Origin: Victivallales bacterium
GTDB taxonomy: Bacteria; Verrucomicrobiota; Lentisphaeria; Victivallales; GWF2-38-69
Direction of reading: 5' to 3'
Assembly: GCA_963678745.2 (NCBI GenBank)
Contig: CAXXMS010000003.1
Location: 35,979-99,978 of the forward strand
Length of the DNA: 64,000 nt
Shown here one piece after another: positions 19,839 through 28,716 of the stretch. Position numbers and translations under genes: made by a program. Below the pieces are notes generated by a model. That model had not been told where the DNA came from. It made no database searches and was given only the letters and a program-made list of their open reading frames with translations. Numbering within the stretch: position 1 is the first letter of the stretch; every line of letters begins with the position of its first letter.

Positions 19839-21041
19839 ATGAAAACACCTAAATCATATAAAAATATATTTGATGCACAGAATAAATATGTAATGCCAAC
19901 CTATTCTCCTAACCTACTCTTAACAAAAGGGGAAGGCGCATATGTATGGGATAGCAATAATAATAAATATCTGGATTTCACATGCGGAATAAGTGTTTGC
20001 AATTTAGGTCACTGTCACCATGCTGTAAGTACAGCTGTAAAAAAACAATGCGACAGACTTGTCCATGTATCAAACCTCTATATCAATGAACTACAGCCAA
20101 TACTGGCAAAAAAAATAGTAGAACATTCATTCGACGGGAACGTATTTTTTTCAAACAGCGGTGCTGAAGCAAATGAAGGAATGATAAAATTCGCAAGAAA
20201 ATGGGGAAACCCAAAAGGTAAATTCGAAATAATAACAATGAATGATTCATTCCACGGCAGAACTCTTGCAACACTCGCTGCTACCGGCAGAGAAAAATAT
20301 CGTAAAGGTTTCGAGCCCACAACAGAAGGCTTCAAACACGTTCCATTTAATGACATTAAATCAATAAGAAAAGCCGTAGAAGAATCTAAAGGAAAAACAG
20401 CTGCAATACTTCTGGAACCAATTCAGGGAGAAGGAGGAATAATCCCGGCTAATTATGAATATATACAGGAACTTCGTAAATTCTGTACAGAAAACGAAAT
20501 ACTCTTAATGTTTGATGAAGTTCAAAGCGGTATTGGTAGAACAGGTAAATTCTTTGCACATCAATATTACGATGTAACTCCCGATGTTATGTCAATGGCC
20601 AAAGCTCTTGGAAATGGATACCCAATTGGAGCTTTCATTGCCAAAAAATCTTTAGGAAATGTATTAACTGTTGGAACACATGCATCAACATTTGGAGGAA
20701 CTCCCCTCGCCTGTTCTGCAGCAATAGCTGTTATTGAAGAAATAGAAAATCAAAACCTACTCGAAAATACAGTAAAAATGGGAAATAAATCCATTGATCT
20801 ACTTCATTATCTGGCAAAAAAATATCCAGTAATACAACAAATCAGAGGCAAAGGCTTGATGCTTGGCATTGTTCTTGACAGAGAGGCAAAAGAAACATCA
20901 GAGCTGGCCCAACAGAATGGTCTGCTTATAATAACTGCCGGGGAAAATGTGCTTAGATTCTATCCTCCAATAAATGTAAAGGAAAATGAAATAAAAGAAG
21001 CAGTAGAAATACTGGATAAAGTTTTAGGGAATTTAAAGTAA
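19839..21041 (+). CDS. argD: Class-III PLP aminotransferase, acetylornithine aminotransferase-like
   Basis: 400 aa with SNSGAEANEGMIKFAR, DEVQSGIGRTGKFFA, the SMAKALGNG lysine region and THASTFGGTPLA. Confidence 0.75.
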   Translation: MKTPKSYKNIFDAQNKYVMPTYSPNLLLTKGEGAYVWDSNNNKYLDFTCGISVCNLGHCHHAVSTAVKKQCDRLVHVSNLYINELQPILAKKIVEHSFDGNVFFSNSGAEANEGMIKFARKWGNPKGKFEIITMNDSFHGRTLATLAATGREKYRKGFEPTTEGFKHVPFNDIKSIRKAVEESKGKTAAILLEPIQGEGGIIPANYEYIQELRKFCTENEILLMFDEVQSGIGRTGKFFAHQYYDVTPDVMSMAKALGNGYPIGAFIAKKSLGNVLTVGTHASTFGGTPLACSAAIAVIEEIENQNLLENTVKMGNKSIDLLHYLAKKYPVIQQIRGKGLMLGIVLDREAKETSELAQQNGLLIITAGENVLRFYPPINVKENEIKEAVEILDKVLGNLK

Positions 21042-21387
21042 CTTAATATGAGGGTTCCTGCTAATGGGACATATGTGGTGGGGATAGGGAGATTTCAACT
21101 AACAGAAACCCCTGGAGCAGCATAGCCGCAAGCAATCTTGCCTCACACAAAGGCACATATCACAAAGATTTTTAACCGCTAATGATCGCTTATTAATGCT
21201 AATAAATAAATTGCTGAGCTGACAGCTCATTAAATTGTTTTTATTTTTATCATTTCATGATAGCAATTTATTCTCCGTGACTTTGCGTCTTGAGTGAATG
21301 ACAATGAACGGGCGTGAGAAAAACTCAGCGCTATTTCATGTTTATATCACTCACATAATCAATATATTATAAAGTAACAAAAGCAGA

Positions 21388-21427
21388 AACCTTGTTTAAA
21401 AAACAAGAAAATAACAGATTGTAGTAC
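21388..21427 (+). repeat. 40-bp direct repeat, copy 1 (aaccttgtt.a.aaaacaagaaaataacagattgtagtac)
   Basis: Near-identical to 23895-23934. It contains the small hairpin cttgtt/aacaag. Confidence 0.85.
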
Positions 21428-21552
21428 TAATATTACTCTAATAAAATTATACAAGATATAAGTGAATATTAGTGCAGATAAGTGGTGAAAATTTTTTTTA
21501 TATGAATATTAGTTTAGTTTCAATTTGGTTAGATTTTGCCAAAGGAAGCGTT

Positions 21553-22290
21553 ATGGACGGTTTCTTTTGGTTATATTTTGTATTAATGGTTATAGGACTT
21601 TTTTGTATTCGTAAATATAAGTTTGATGTTGCTGTTTTTGCTTTCATGCTAGTAACTCTGATAATAATGTACCCACAGCCATATTACTACCTTTATAGGT
21701 CTGGCGGAGTTAATTTTAGGTATTTCTATCAGATGTTGCCTTTTATGGTTGTTTTAGGTGCTCCAGCAGTGTTGTGGTTGGCGAACAAGCTGCAAATATT
21801 AGCACAAAAAAATGAAAGATTATCAAAATATACAATTGGTAAAAAATATCTAGCTATTATTTTGATTTTTATTTCTGCTATTTGCTTGGGCTTTTCTTTA
21901 TCTCAAAGATCCGAGTCTGAGAAAAACTATATTCTTGAGCCAATTGAAATCATAAATAGAATAACAGATAAAACATATAAAAGGCCTATTTACATTGTTG
22001 AAGATGGCAATGATCAGGGTAGAGTATCTTATTATATTAATGCTGTTCAGTACAATAAAATACCTACAAAATATTGTAATCCTGAATATTTTTTAAAAAT
22101 GTGTAAAGATCTGGAGTTTCTCCATAGAAATATTTTCTTTTATGTTAGAATGTCTGATGAAAAGTTTAGAAGTCTATCTAAAGTAAATAGTACAGAACTG
22201 AAGTTATTGAAAGAAGTGGTATTTAAAAGAAATGGAAGAAGAACTGTTTTTTCGCTTTATCAGTATTGTCCGCCGATTAAACAGGTATAA
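21553..22290 (+). CDS. Hypothetical polytopic membrane protein (start uncertain; ORF is open from 21472)
   Basis: The ATG at 21553 is preceded by aaggaag. About 5 hydrophobic segments are followed by a soluble tail. There is a vague resemblance to C-terminal parts of ArnT/PMT-type glycosyltransferases. It is adjacent to gmd. Confidence 0.45.
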   Translation: MDGFFWLYFVLMVIGLFCIRKYKFDVAVFAFMLVTLIIMYPQPYYYLYRSGGVNFRYFYQMLPFMVVLGAPAVLWLANKLQILAQKNERLSKYTIGKKYLAIILIFISAICLGFSLSQRSESEKNYILEPIEIINRITDKTYKRPIYIVEDGNDQGRVSYYINAVQYNKIPTKYCNPEYFLKMCKDLEFLHRNIFFYVRMSDEKFRSLSKVNSTELKLLKEVVFKRNGRRTVFSLYQYCPPIKQV

Positions 22291-22576
22291 ATATAACAGC
22301 TTTCAACACAGAGAAAATAAAGAAAAGAAAGTCTTTTTACCATATAGTACATATAGAAAATGTAGAAAGAGTTAAGAGAAAATATTATTTGAGCGATGCT
22401 CAAAAAAATATCAAGTTACAAAAATATGGAAACGTATTTCAATAGCTTTCCTAATTTGATATTTCTATCTAATTTCCAATTAGATGCAGTATATAAAAAC
22501 TATATGGATCTACATAGTCTACATGTGAATAATAATTAGTATAATTTGTTGGATTCGTGGTTTCAAAAGGAGTAAA

Positions 22577-23614
22577 ATGAAAAGAGCATTTATTACTGGA
22601 ATAACTGGGCAGGATGGTTCTTATCTTGCAGAGTTATTACTTGAGAAGGGGTATGAAGTACATGGAATGATTAGAAGAGCCAGTACTTTCAATACCCATA
22701 GAATTGATCATCTTTATAAGGATCGACATAAAGATGATGTAAAATTATTTTTACATTACGGTGATCTTACAGATTCAAGTAATATGAATAGGTTGATAGA
22801 AAAGATACAGCCTACAGAAATTTATAATCTTGCAGCACAATCACATGTGCAGGTTTCTTTTGAGGTGCCTGAATATACAGCTGAATCAGATGCTGTTGGA
22901 ACTTTGAGATTACTAGATGCAATTAAAGATATCGGGATTAAACCTCGCTTTTATCAAGCCTCAACTTCTGAACTTTATGGAAAGGTGCAAGAGGTTCCGC
23001 AATCTGAAACAACGCCGTTTTATCCTCGTTCTCCTTATGGTGTTGCAAAGCTTTATGCATATTGGATTGTAGTGAATTATCGAGAAGCTTATAATATTCA
23101 CGCGAGTAATGGTATTCTTTTTAATCACGAATCACCCCGAAGAGGTGAAACATTTGTAACAAGAAAAATAACACGTGCGGCTGCAGCAATTAAAGCAAAC
23201 AAACAGAAATGTTTATATATAGGAAATATTGATGCTCTACGTGACTGGGGATATGCTCCTGATTATGTTGAGGGAATGTGGAGAATTTTACAGCAGGATA
23301 AACCGGATGATTATGTACTTGCTACAGGAGAAATGCATACGGTAAGAGAGTTTATTGAAAAATCATTTGCTATTCTTGATATGCCTATTGGCTGGGATGG
23401 TAAAGGAGTTGATGAAATAGGTAAAAATATAAAGACAGGAGAGGTTTTAGTTAAAATTGATCCTAGATATTATAGACCTACAGAAGTTGAACAGCTTCTT
23501 GGCAATCCCGCAAAAGCCAAAAAACAACTTGAATGGGAACCTAAAGTTAAGTTTGATGAACTTGTTAAAATTATGACAGAAGCCGATTACAAAAACATGC
23601 TAACACAGAGATGA
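22577..23614 (+). CDS. gmd: GDP-mannose 4,6-dehydratase
   Basis: 345 aa with [63 protein letters not shown] and RDWGYA. Confidence 0.95.
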   Translation: MKRAFITGITGQDGSYLAELLLEKGYEVHGMIRRASTFNTHRIDHLYKDRHKDDVKLFLHYGDLTDSSNMNRLIEKIQPTEIYNLAAQSHVQVSFEVPEYTAESDAVGTLRLLDAIKDIGIKPRFYQASTSELYGKVQEVPQSETTPFYPRSPYGVAKLYAYWIVVNYREAYNIHASNGILFNHESPRRGETFVTRKITRAAAAIKANKQKCLYIGNIDALRDWGYAPDYVEGMWRILQQDKPDDYVLATGEMHTVREFIEKSFAILDMPIGWDGKGVDEIGKNIKTGEVLVKIDPRYYRPTEVEQLLGNPAKAKKQLEWEPKVKFDELVKIMTEADYKNMLTQR

Positions 23615-23894
23615 CGGAGAAAAGGAAGGTTAGTTTTTTAACTGACCACTAACATACCATCGCCGTAACCAATTTTGTTCACCACGGAAGCGCACGAAGA
23701 TCACAAAGAAAAATTTGGAAAAGAGTTTGGGAAAGAGTTTGGGAAAAAACCTTTTTTCAAAAAGGTTTGCCTCAACCTGAGCGAATGCGAAGAAAAAAAA
23801 CTTCGTATTTTTCTTATCTTCGTGATTAAAACTCTTTTGTTTTTAATAGTTATTAAATACTTACAATTAATTAGTTACAATTACAGCAATTTAA

Positions 23895-23934
23895 AACCTT
23901 GTTCAGAAAACAAGAAAATAACAGATTGTAGTAC
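23895..23934 (+). repeat. 40-bp direct repeat, copy 2
   Basis: aaccttgttcagaaaacaagaaaataacagattgtagtac; see 21388-21427. Confidence 0.85.
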
Positions 23935-24538
23935 ATATTAAGTTTTAAAAGTACAATAAAATAGTTCAAAAACAAGCTGTAAGTAAAAAAAATTCCGATA
24001 AATAAAAAAATAAAAAAAGAAGGAGAGCTTAGCTCTCCCCTTACCCACACTAATTTTTATACCCTCTTACTTACTCAAAAACTTTTCTTCTCCCATTATC
24101 CACTAACATGTCCACTCATTCAAAAATCTTTTCTCTATCCCCAAAAATACCCTCTCCACTATTTAATGTATAGAAAGATAACTTTACAAAACATATTTTC
24201 AAAAAAAATAAACGTTTTCTATTAATCTAAAATGCCGATTTGTGCATTAATTAAATTACAGAAACTAACTATATGATTTTTGTACACTTATAATATCAAT
24301 AAAAAATATTCCACTTTTTAAAAGTGTAAATTTTAATACAGAAATAACTAGTGTCGTGTCATATATGAAACGTCAATTTTTATACTAAAAGGTAGGGCAG
24401 GTTTCTTGTCAGACGTAGTTTTAACGTAGACTCTGAACACCTGTCCCATAGGCAATAAATTCTGAATTGATTGGATTTTTAGTTGTTCTCTATTAATTTT
24501 AGAATACAAAAAAAACAGAAAAAGAAAAAGGATGAATT

Positions 24539-25036
24539 ATGGCGGAACAACTATTGCCTTTGTTTTTATATGGAGAAAATACCATAAACTCCATCGTATC
24601 CTATAATTTTAATGAAGATGGTAATGTTTACTATTTTATTTATTGTGCACCTGTAGGTTTTCATCGACACGATGATCGTCGCGGCTTTAATATAACAACT
24701 TCTCAACTGATATTGAATGGTCACTGTAAAAACTGCGAGATTGTAAAAGCTTTCGGAGTAAGCGAAATAAGTGTAAAACGTAATCTTAAGAAACTCAGAG
24801 AAGATGGTATAGACGGATTTTATAAACCCAGAAACACTAGAAAAGGTGGAACAGTTCTTACGTCTGAAGTATTGTCAGAAGCCCAGTGCCTTTTAAATGA
24901 AGGTCACAGTCGCTCAGAAACAGCAGAAAAACTGTCATTAAAAGTTAACACCCTATCTAAAGCCATACATGCCGGTAAGCTGTTGGAACCACTAAAAAAA
25001 ACTTCACAGGAAAAACCAAATCAGAACGCAATATAG
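24539..25036 (+). CDS. Putative transposase orfA (HTH-containing N-terminal part)
   Basis: 165 aa. EISVKRNLKKLREDGIDGFYKPRNTRKGG and HSRSETAEKLSLKVNTLSKAIHAGKL look like tandem transposase-type HTH motifs. It overlaps the open upstream extension of the next ORF. Confidence 0.5.
   Translation: MAEQLLPLFLYGENTINSIVSYNFNEDGNVYYFIYCAPVGFHRHDDRRGFNITTSQLILNGHCKNCEIVKAFGVSEISVKRNLKKLREDGIDGFYKPRNTRKGGTVLTSEVLSEAQCLLNEGHSRSETAEKLSLKVNTLSKAIHAGKLLEPLKKTSQEKPNQNAI
24994..25000 (+). promoter_or_regulatory. Candidate -1 programmed ribosomal frameshift heptamer A_AAA_AAA
   Basis: In the orfA frame the codons are cta aaa aaa act. The -1 frame is open from 24979 and continues without a stop into the 516-aa ORF. 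Confidence 0.4.
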
Positions 25037-25206
25037 AGGATAACAGTCAGGCACTTGGCAAAGGGTGTACAGACACCACAGGACGACTTTTTGCAGCATT
25101 AGGCAGAGTCAGTGCAGTTACAGAATTTAATAAGAATTATGATATTGATAATGGTGGTTTACTGCTTGCAGTTCCTGCACTTTTATCCAACGGTCTGCTT
25201 GATTCA

Positions 25207-26757
25207 ATGAATTCATTCAATTTTACAGAGGGTTTTTATAGAATATATGATATTTTTCTGACGATAGCTTTTATGGTTCTGGCCCGTGTAGGAAACATAA
25301 ACCGCCTTGGTGATGTTTCACCCGGAGAATGGGGAAAGCTTCTTGGAATAGACCGTATTCCTGCTGTTAAAACCATGCGCGAAAAAGCAGATGAACTTTC
25401 ACATGGTCAGAATGAAGCAAATCTGGATAAATGGATTTCAGAACATTCCAGCACCTGGATGGAAAAAAATGAGGATACTATAGGAAGGCTTTATGTTGAT
25501 GGTCATGTAAGAACATATTTTGGAAAAACAAAGCTGCCGAGAAGATATGTATCAAGACAGCATTTATGTCTTCGCGGAATGACCGACTACTGGATTAATG
25601 ATCAGAACGGGGCACCATTTTTTAATGTAACAACACCTTTTTCAAAGGGGCTTATAGAAATACTGCAGACGAAAATAATACCAAAACTGCTTGAAGAAAT
25701 GCCGTGTCAAAAGACAGCATATGAACTTGCTGAAAATCCTGATATCTACAGGTTTTTAATAATTTTTGACAGAGAAGGCTATAGCATGAAACTCTTCAAA
25801 GACCTGTGGGAAAAACACAGAATTGCCTGTCAGACATATAATAAATATCCAAAAGATGCCTGGGATGAAAATGATTTCATTGAAGTTGAAGTTATACACC
25901 CTTTTGATAATGTAGAGAAAACAAAAATAGCGGAAAAAAGGGTATATGATAAAACGAATGATTTTTATTGCAGAGAAGTTAGACAGTTAACTGAATCAGG
26001 TCATCAGGTGTCAGTAATTTCAACAGATTTTATCAGTAAAGCTGAATACATATACAGTCACATGCAGAGTAGAACATCTCAGGAAAACTTTTTTAAATAT
26101 GCAAGACAAGATTATAATATAGATACACTTAACTCATATGAAAAAACAAATGTAGATGAGACAGAAACAGTTGTAAACCCGGTATATAGACAACTGGAGA
26201 AAGATTTAAATTCATTAAGAGCAAAACTGGCAAGAAGAACACTTAAAAGACAGCAGTTGACTTTAAAGGAAAACCCTACAGAAAAAGAACGCAGGAACTT
26301 TGAAGAAAGAGAAGGAATGTTAACAAAAGAAATACTTGAATTTGAAGAAACTATTACCGAAAAGAAAAAAACAAGAAAGAATACAGATAAATATATTACT
26401 GTCAAAGAATTGCCGGAGGAATTTAAATTTGTTCAGTTTCATGGGGGTAGAAAAAAGTTTATTGATATTATAAAAATGATTGCATACAGAGCTGAAGTAG
26501 CTATGTCAAATGTCATCATGCCTATTCTGGGAAAATATGAAAAAGATACTGCAAAGAGCATAATAGAATCTATTTTCAAAACACCGGCAAATATTATTCC
26601 TCTATATGATAAAAATATTTTGAAGGTTGAATTGCATTACACTTCATCACATAAAAAAGATAAAATAATTCAATCATTGATGAACTTTTTAAATGAAACT
26701 GAAATGGAATTTCCGGAAACTAATTTGAAGCTTTTCTACAAGTTCGTATCAAAATAA
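25207..26757 (+). CDS. Putative transposase orfB (frame open from 24979; family not recognised with confidence)
   Basis: 516 aa. It is paired with the HTH orfA, and its 3' end abuts the truncation point of an IS630-type relic. The block GRLYVDGHVRTYFGKTKLPRRYVSRQHLCLRGMTDYWINDQNG resembles proteins I recall being annotated as transposases. Confidence 0.45.
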   Translation: MNSFNFTEGFYRIYDIFLTIAFMVLARVGNINRLGDVSPGEWGKLLGIDRIPAVKTMREKADELSHGQNEANLDKWISEHSSTWMEKNEDTIGRLYVDGHVRTYFGKTKLPRRYVSRQHLCLRGMTDYWINDQNGAPFFNVTTPFSKGLIEILQTKIIPKLLEEMPCQKTAYELAENPDIYRFLIIFDREGYSMKLFKDLWEKHRIACQTYNKYPKDAWDENDFIEVEVIHPFDNVEKTKIAEKRVYDKTNDFYCREVRQLTESGHQVSVISTDFISKAEYIYSHMQSRTSQENFFKYARQDYNIDTLNSYEKTNVDETETVVNPVYRQLEKDLNSLRAKLARRTLKRQQLTLKENPTEKERRNFEEREGMLTKEILEFEETITEKKKTRKNTDKYITVKELPEEFKFVQFHGGRKKFIDIIKMIAYRAEVAMSNVIMPILGKYEKDTAKSIIESIFKTPANIIPLYDKNILKVELHYTSSHKKDKIIQSLMNFLNETEMEFPETNLKLFYKFVSK

Positions 26758-26771
26758 AATCATAGGGGTAA

Positions 26772-27082
26772 AGTGCTCAGAGACTGAAGAATTTCAAACA
26801 CGAAGACAGTGTGATAATATTTATGGACGGCGCTCATCCCGAGTTCAATTCAAAACCTACTTACTGCCGGATAGAAAAAGGTAAAGACAAAGAAGTAAAA
26901 GCCAATACAGGACGTAAAAGGATTAATCTAAACGGAGCAGTTAATATTGAAAGTCTTGATCTTGTTATACATGAAGACAGTTGTGTTAACGCGGATTCCA
27001 CAATTGAACTGCTTAAGAAAATTGAAGTTTTATACTTATTGGCACCGGCCATTTATATAATTGCCGACAATGCAGGATACTA
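26772..27082 (+). pseudogene. IS630-family transposase relic, middle part (N-terminus missing, 3' part displaced by IS insertion)
   Basis: Translation ...SVIIFMDGAHPEF...GRKRINLNGAVN...IYIIADNAGYY. The frame continues exactly at 28393 as (Y)RSKKVQEYLKNSRVKIVFLPPYCPNLNLIERLW once 27083-28394 is removed. Confidence 0.8.
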
Positions 27083-28394
27083 TACTCAAACTGAATGAAA
27101 ATACAGTTGCATGAGTTGTAATATCCTAATACAGCCTATATTGATAGATATGAATATCCAATTAACACTAGACGAAAAAATAAAACTTGAAGCACAACAT
27201 AAAAAAGAGCGAAACAGTAAGGCCTGTGACCGTATAAAAGCTGTGTTGCTTTCATCCGAGGGTTGGTCTCAATCACAAATAGCTCAGGCATTAAGAATTC
27301 ATGAAACAACAGTAACAACTCACCTTAAAGATTATTTGGATAATAAAAAATTGAAAAATGAAAGTGGCGGTTCAAGCAGCCTGTTGACTTCTGAACAAAC
27401 TAATGAATTAATAAATCATTTAGAAAAAAATACCTACCCAAGCACTAAAGAGATCATTGCATATGTTTACAATGCTTACGGCATAAAATATACTCAGCAG
27501 GGAATGTATAACTGGTTAAAGCATAATAGATTTTCTTATAAAGCTCCAAAAGGAGTCCCACTTAAGTACAATACCGAAAAGCAGGAAGCTTTTAAAGCAG
27601 AATATGATGAAATAAAGAATAACCTCAAAGAAAATGATAAAATATTTTTTATGGATAGTGTTCACCCAACTCAAGCCACAAAAATCACATTAGGCTGGAT
27701 AAGGAAAGGTGTTGAGAAAATGATAGCTACAGTTGCAGGCAGAAGCAGGATAAATCTTACAGGAGCAATAGATTTAGAAAGTATGTCTATTTTTACAAAA
27801 GAGTATAAAACAATAGATGGCAATGCTACATTAGATTTTCTGAGATATCTTGATGATTCAACCGCCTCTAGCGGTACCATACATCTTATTGCAGACGGCG
27901 GAGGTGCTCATACATGTAAAGAAGTTGGTGCATATCTTGGAATAAAAGATCCTTTCAATAGAAAATATTTAGAAGACTATTATCAGATAAAATTACCGGC
28001 TAATAATAAACAACTTACAGGGAGATTGAGAAAAAACCTGTGTATGGTTTTGAAAAACGAACCTGAATTCTTTATAAATAAGAAAATTTTAGAGGAAAAG
28101 AAAGTAACTGCTCAAATGTTACTTGACGCTTTGCAAAAGCCGCCTCCTCATAAAAAATTCATTTTGCATATACTTCCACCCTACAGTCCAAATCTTAACC
28201 CGATTGAGCGTGTATGGAAAGTAATGAACGAACATGTAAGAAATAACAAAGTTTTTACCTCATTCAAAGAGTTTAAATCTGATGTTTTAGATTTTTTCAG
28301 AAATGAATGGGACAATATTTCTGAAACTTTAAGGTCACGTATTAATGATCATTTTGAAAAAATAAAACCAGTATTTTGAAATAGTTTGAGTATA
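27081..28394 (+). mobile_element. IS630-family insertion sequence, copy 1 (1310 bp + TA target duplications)
   Basis: The terminal inverted repeats are TACTCAAACTgaatgAAAATAC (left) and GTATTTTgaaatAGTTTGAGTA (right). Both ends are flanked by TA. A second copy lies at 56125-57438. Confidence 0.9.
27111..28379 (+). CDS. IS630-family DDE transposase (start may be the internal ATG at 27150)
   Basis: N-terminal HTHs (GWSQSQIAQALRIHETTVTTHLK). DDE-type motifs are FFMDSVHP, HLIADGGGAH and LPPYSPNLNPIERVW. Confidence 0.9.
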   Translation: MSCNILIQPILIDMNIQLTLDEKIKLEAQHKKERNSKACDRIKAVLLSSEGWSQSQIAQALRIHETTVTTHLKDYLDNKKLKNESGGSSSLLTSEQTNELINHLEKNTYPSTKEIIAYVYNAYGIKYTQQGMYNWLKHNRFSYKAPKGVPLKYNTEKQEAFKAEYDEIKNNLKENDKIFFMDSVHPTQATKITLGWIRKGVEKMIATVAGRSRINLTGAIDLESMSIFTKEYKTIDGNATLDFLRYLDDSTASSGTIHLIADGGGAHTCKEVGAYLGIKDPFNRKYLEDYYQIKLPANNKQLTGRLRKNLCMVLKNEPEFFINKKILEEKKVTAQMLLDALQKPPPHKKFILHILPPYSPNLNPIERVWKVMNEHVRNNKVFTSFKEFKSDVLDFFRNEWDNISETLRSRINDHFEKIKPVF

Positions 28395-28647
28395 TAGATC
28401 AAAAAAAGTTCAGGAATATTTGAAAAATTCCAGAGTAAAAATTGTTTTTCTTCCTCCATATTGTCCAAATTTGAATCTAATAGAAAGGTTATGGAAGTTT
28501 TTTAGAAAAAAGATTCTTTATGACTGTTGCTGTAGAACATTTGATGAATTCAGAAAAACAACTATGGATTTTTTCAGAGATATTAAAAATCATACAGCTG
28601 AATTAAAAACATTATTAAATGAAAAATTCCAAATTATTGGCAGTCGA
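28393..28647 (+). pseudogene. IS630-family transposase relic, C-terminal part
   Basis: RSKKVQEYLKNSRVKIVFLPPYCPNLNLIERLWKFFRKK.... The last codons of ORF 28420-28656 appear to be supplied by the adjacent group II intron 3' end. Confidence 0.75.
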
Positions 28648-28682
28648 GTAGAATGAGGGAATCTCACCCTCAAGCTCTCACA

Positions 28683-28716
28683 GAACTGTACGGGATACTC
28701 TCATATCATACAGCTC
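28683..28716 (-). ncRNA. Group II intron domain V
   Basis: The minus strand reads GAGCUGUAUGAUAUGAGAGUAUCCCGUACAGUUC. This gives a 9-bp lower stem containing the AGC triad, a 2-nt bulge, a 5-bp upper stem and a GAGA (GNRA) loop. Confidence 0.85.

Noticed and set aside
23675-23941. 88-aa ORF downstream of gmd
   Set aside because: It spans the inverted-repeat element, a 13-nt tandem repeat and the 40-bp direct repeat. It has no ATG start with an RBS and its translation is low-complexity.
24340-24540. Terminal inverted repeats for the 24.5-26.8 kb putative transposon
   Set aside because: Only a weak match was found (cctgtcccataggca versus the reverse complement of atcataggggtaaag, about 8/15). 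This is not enough to define the element ends.
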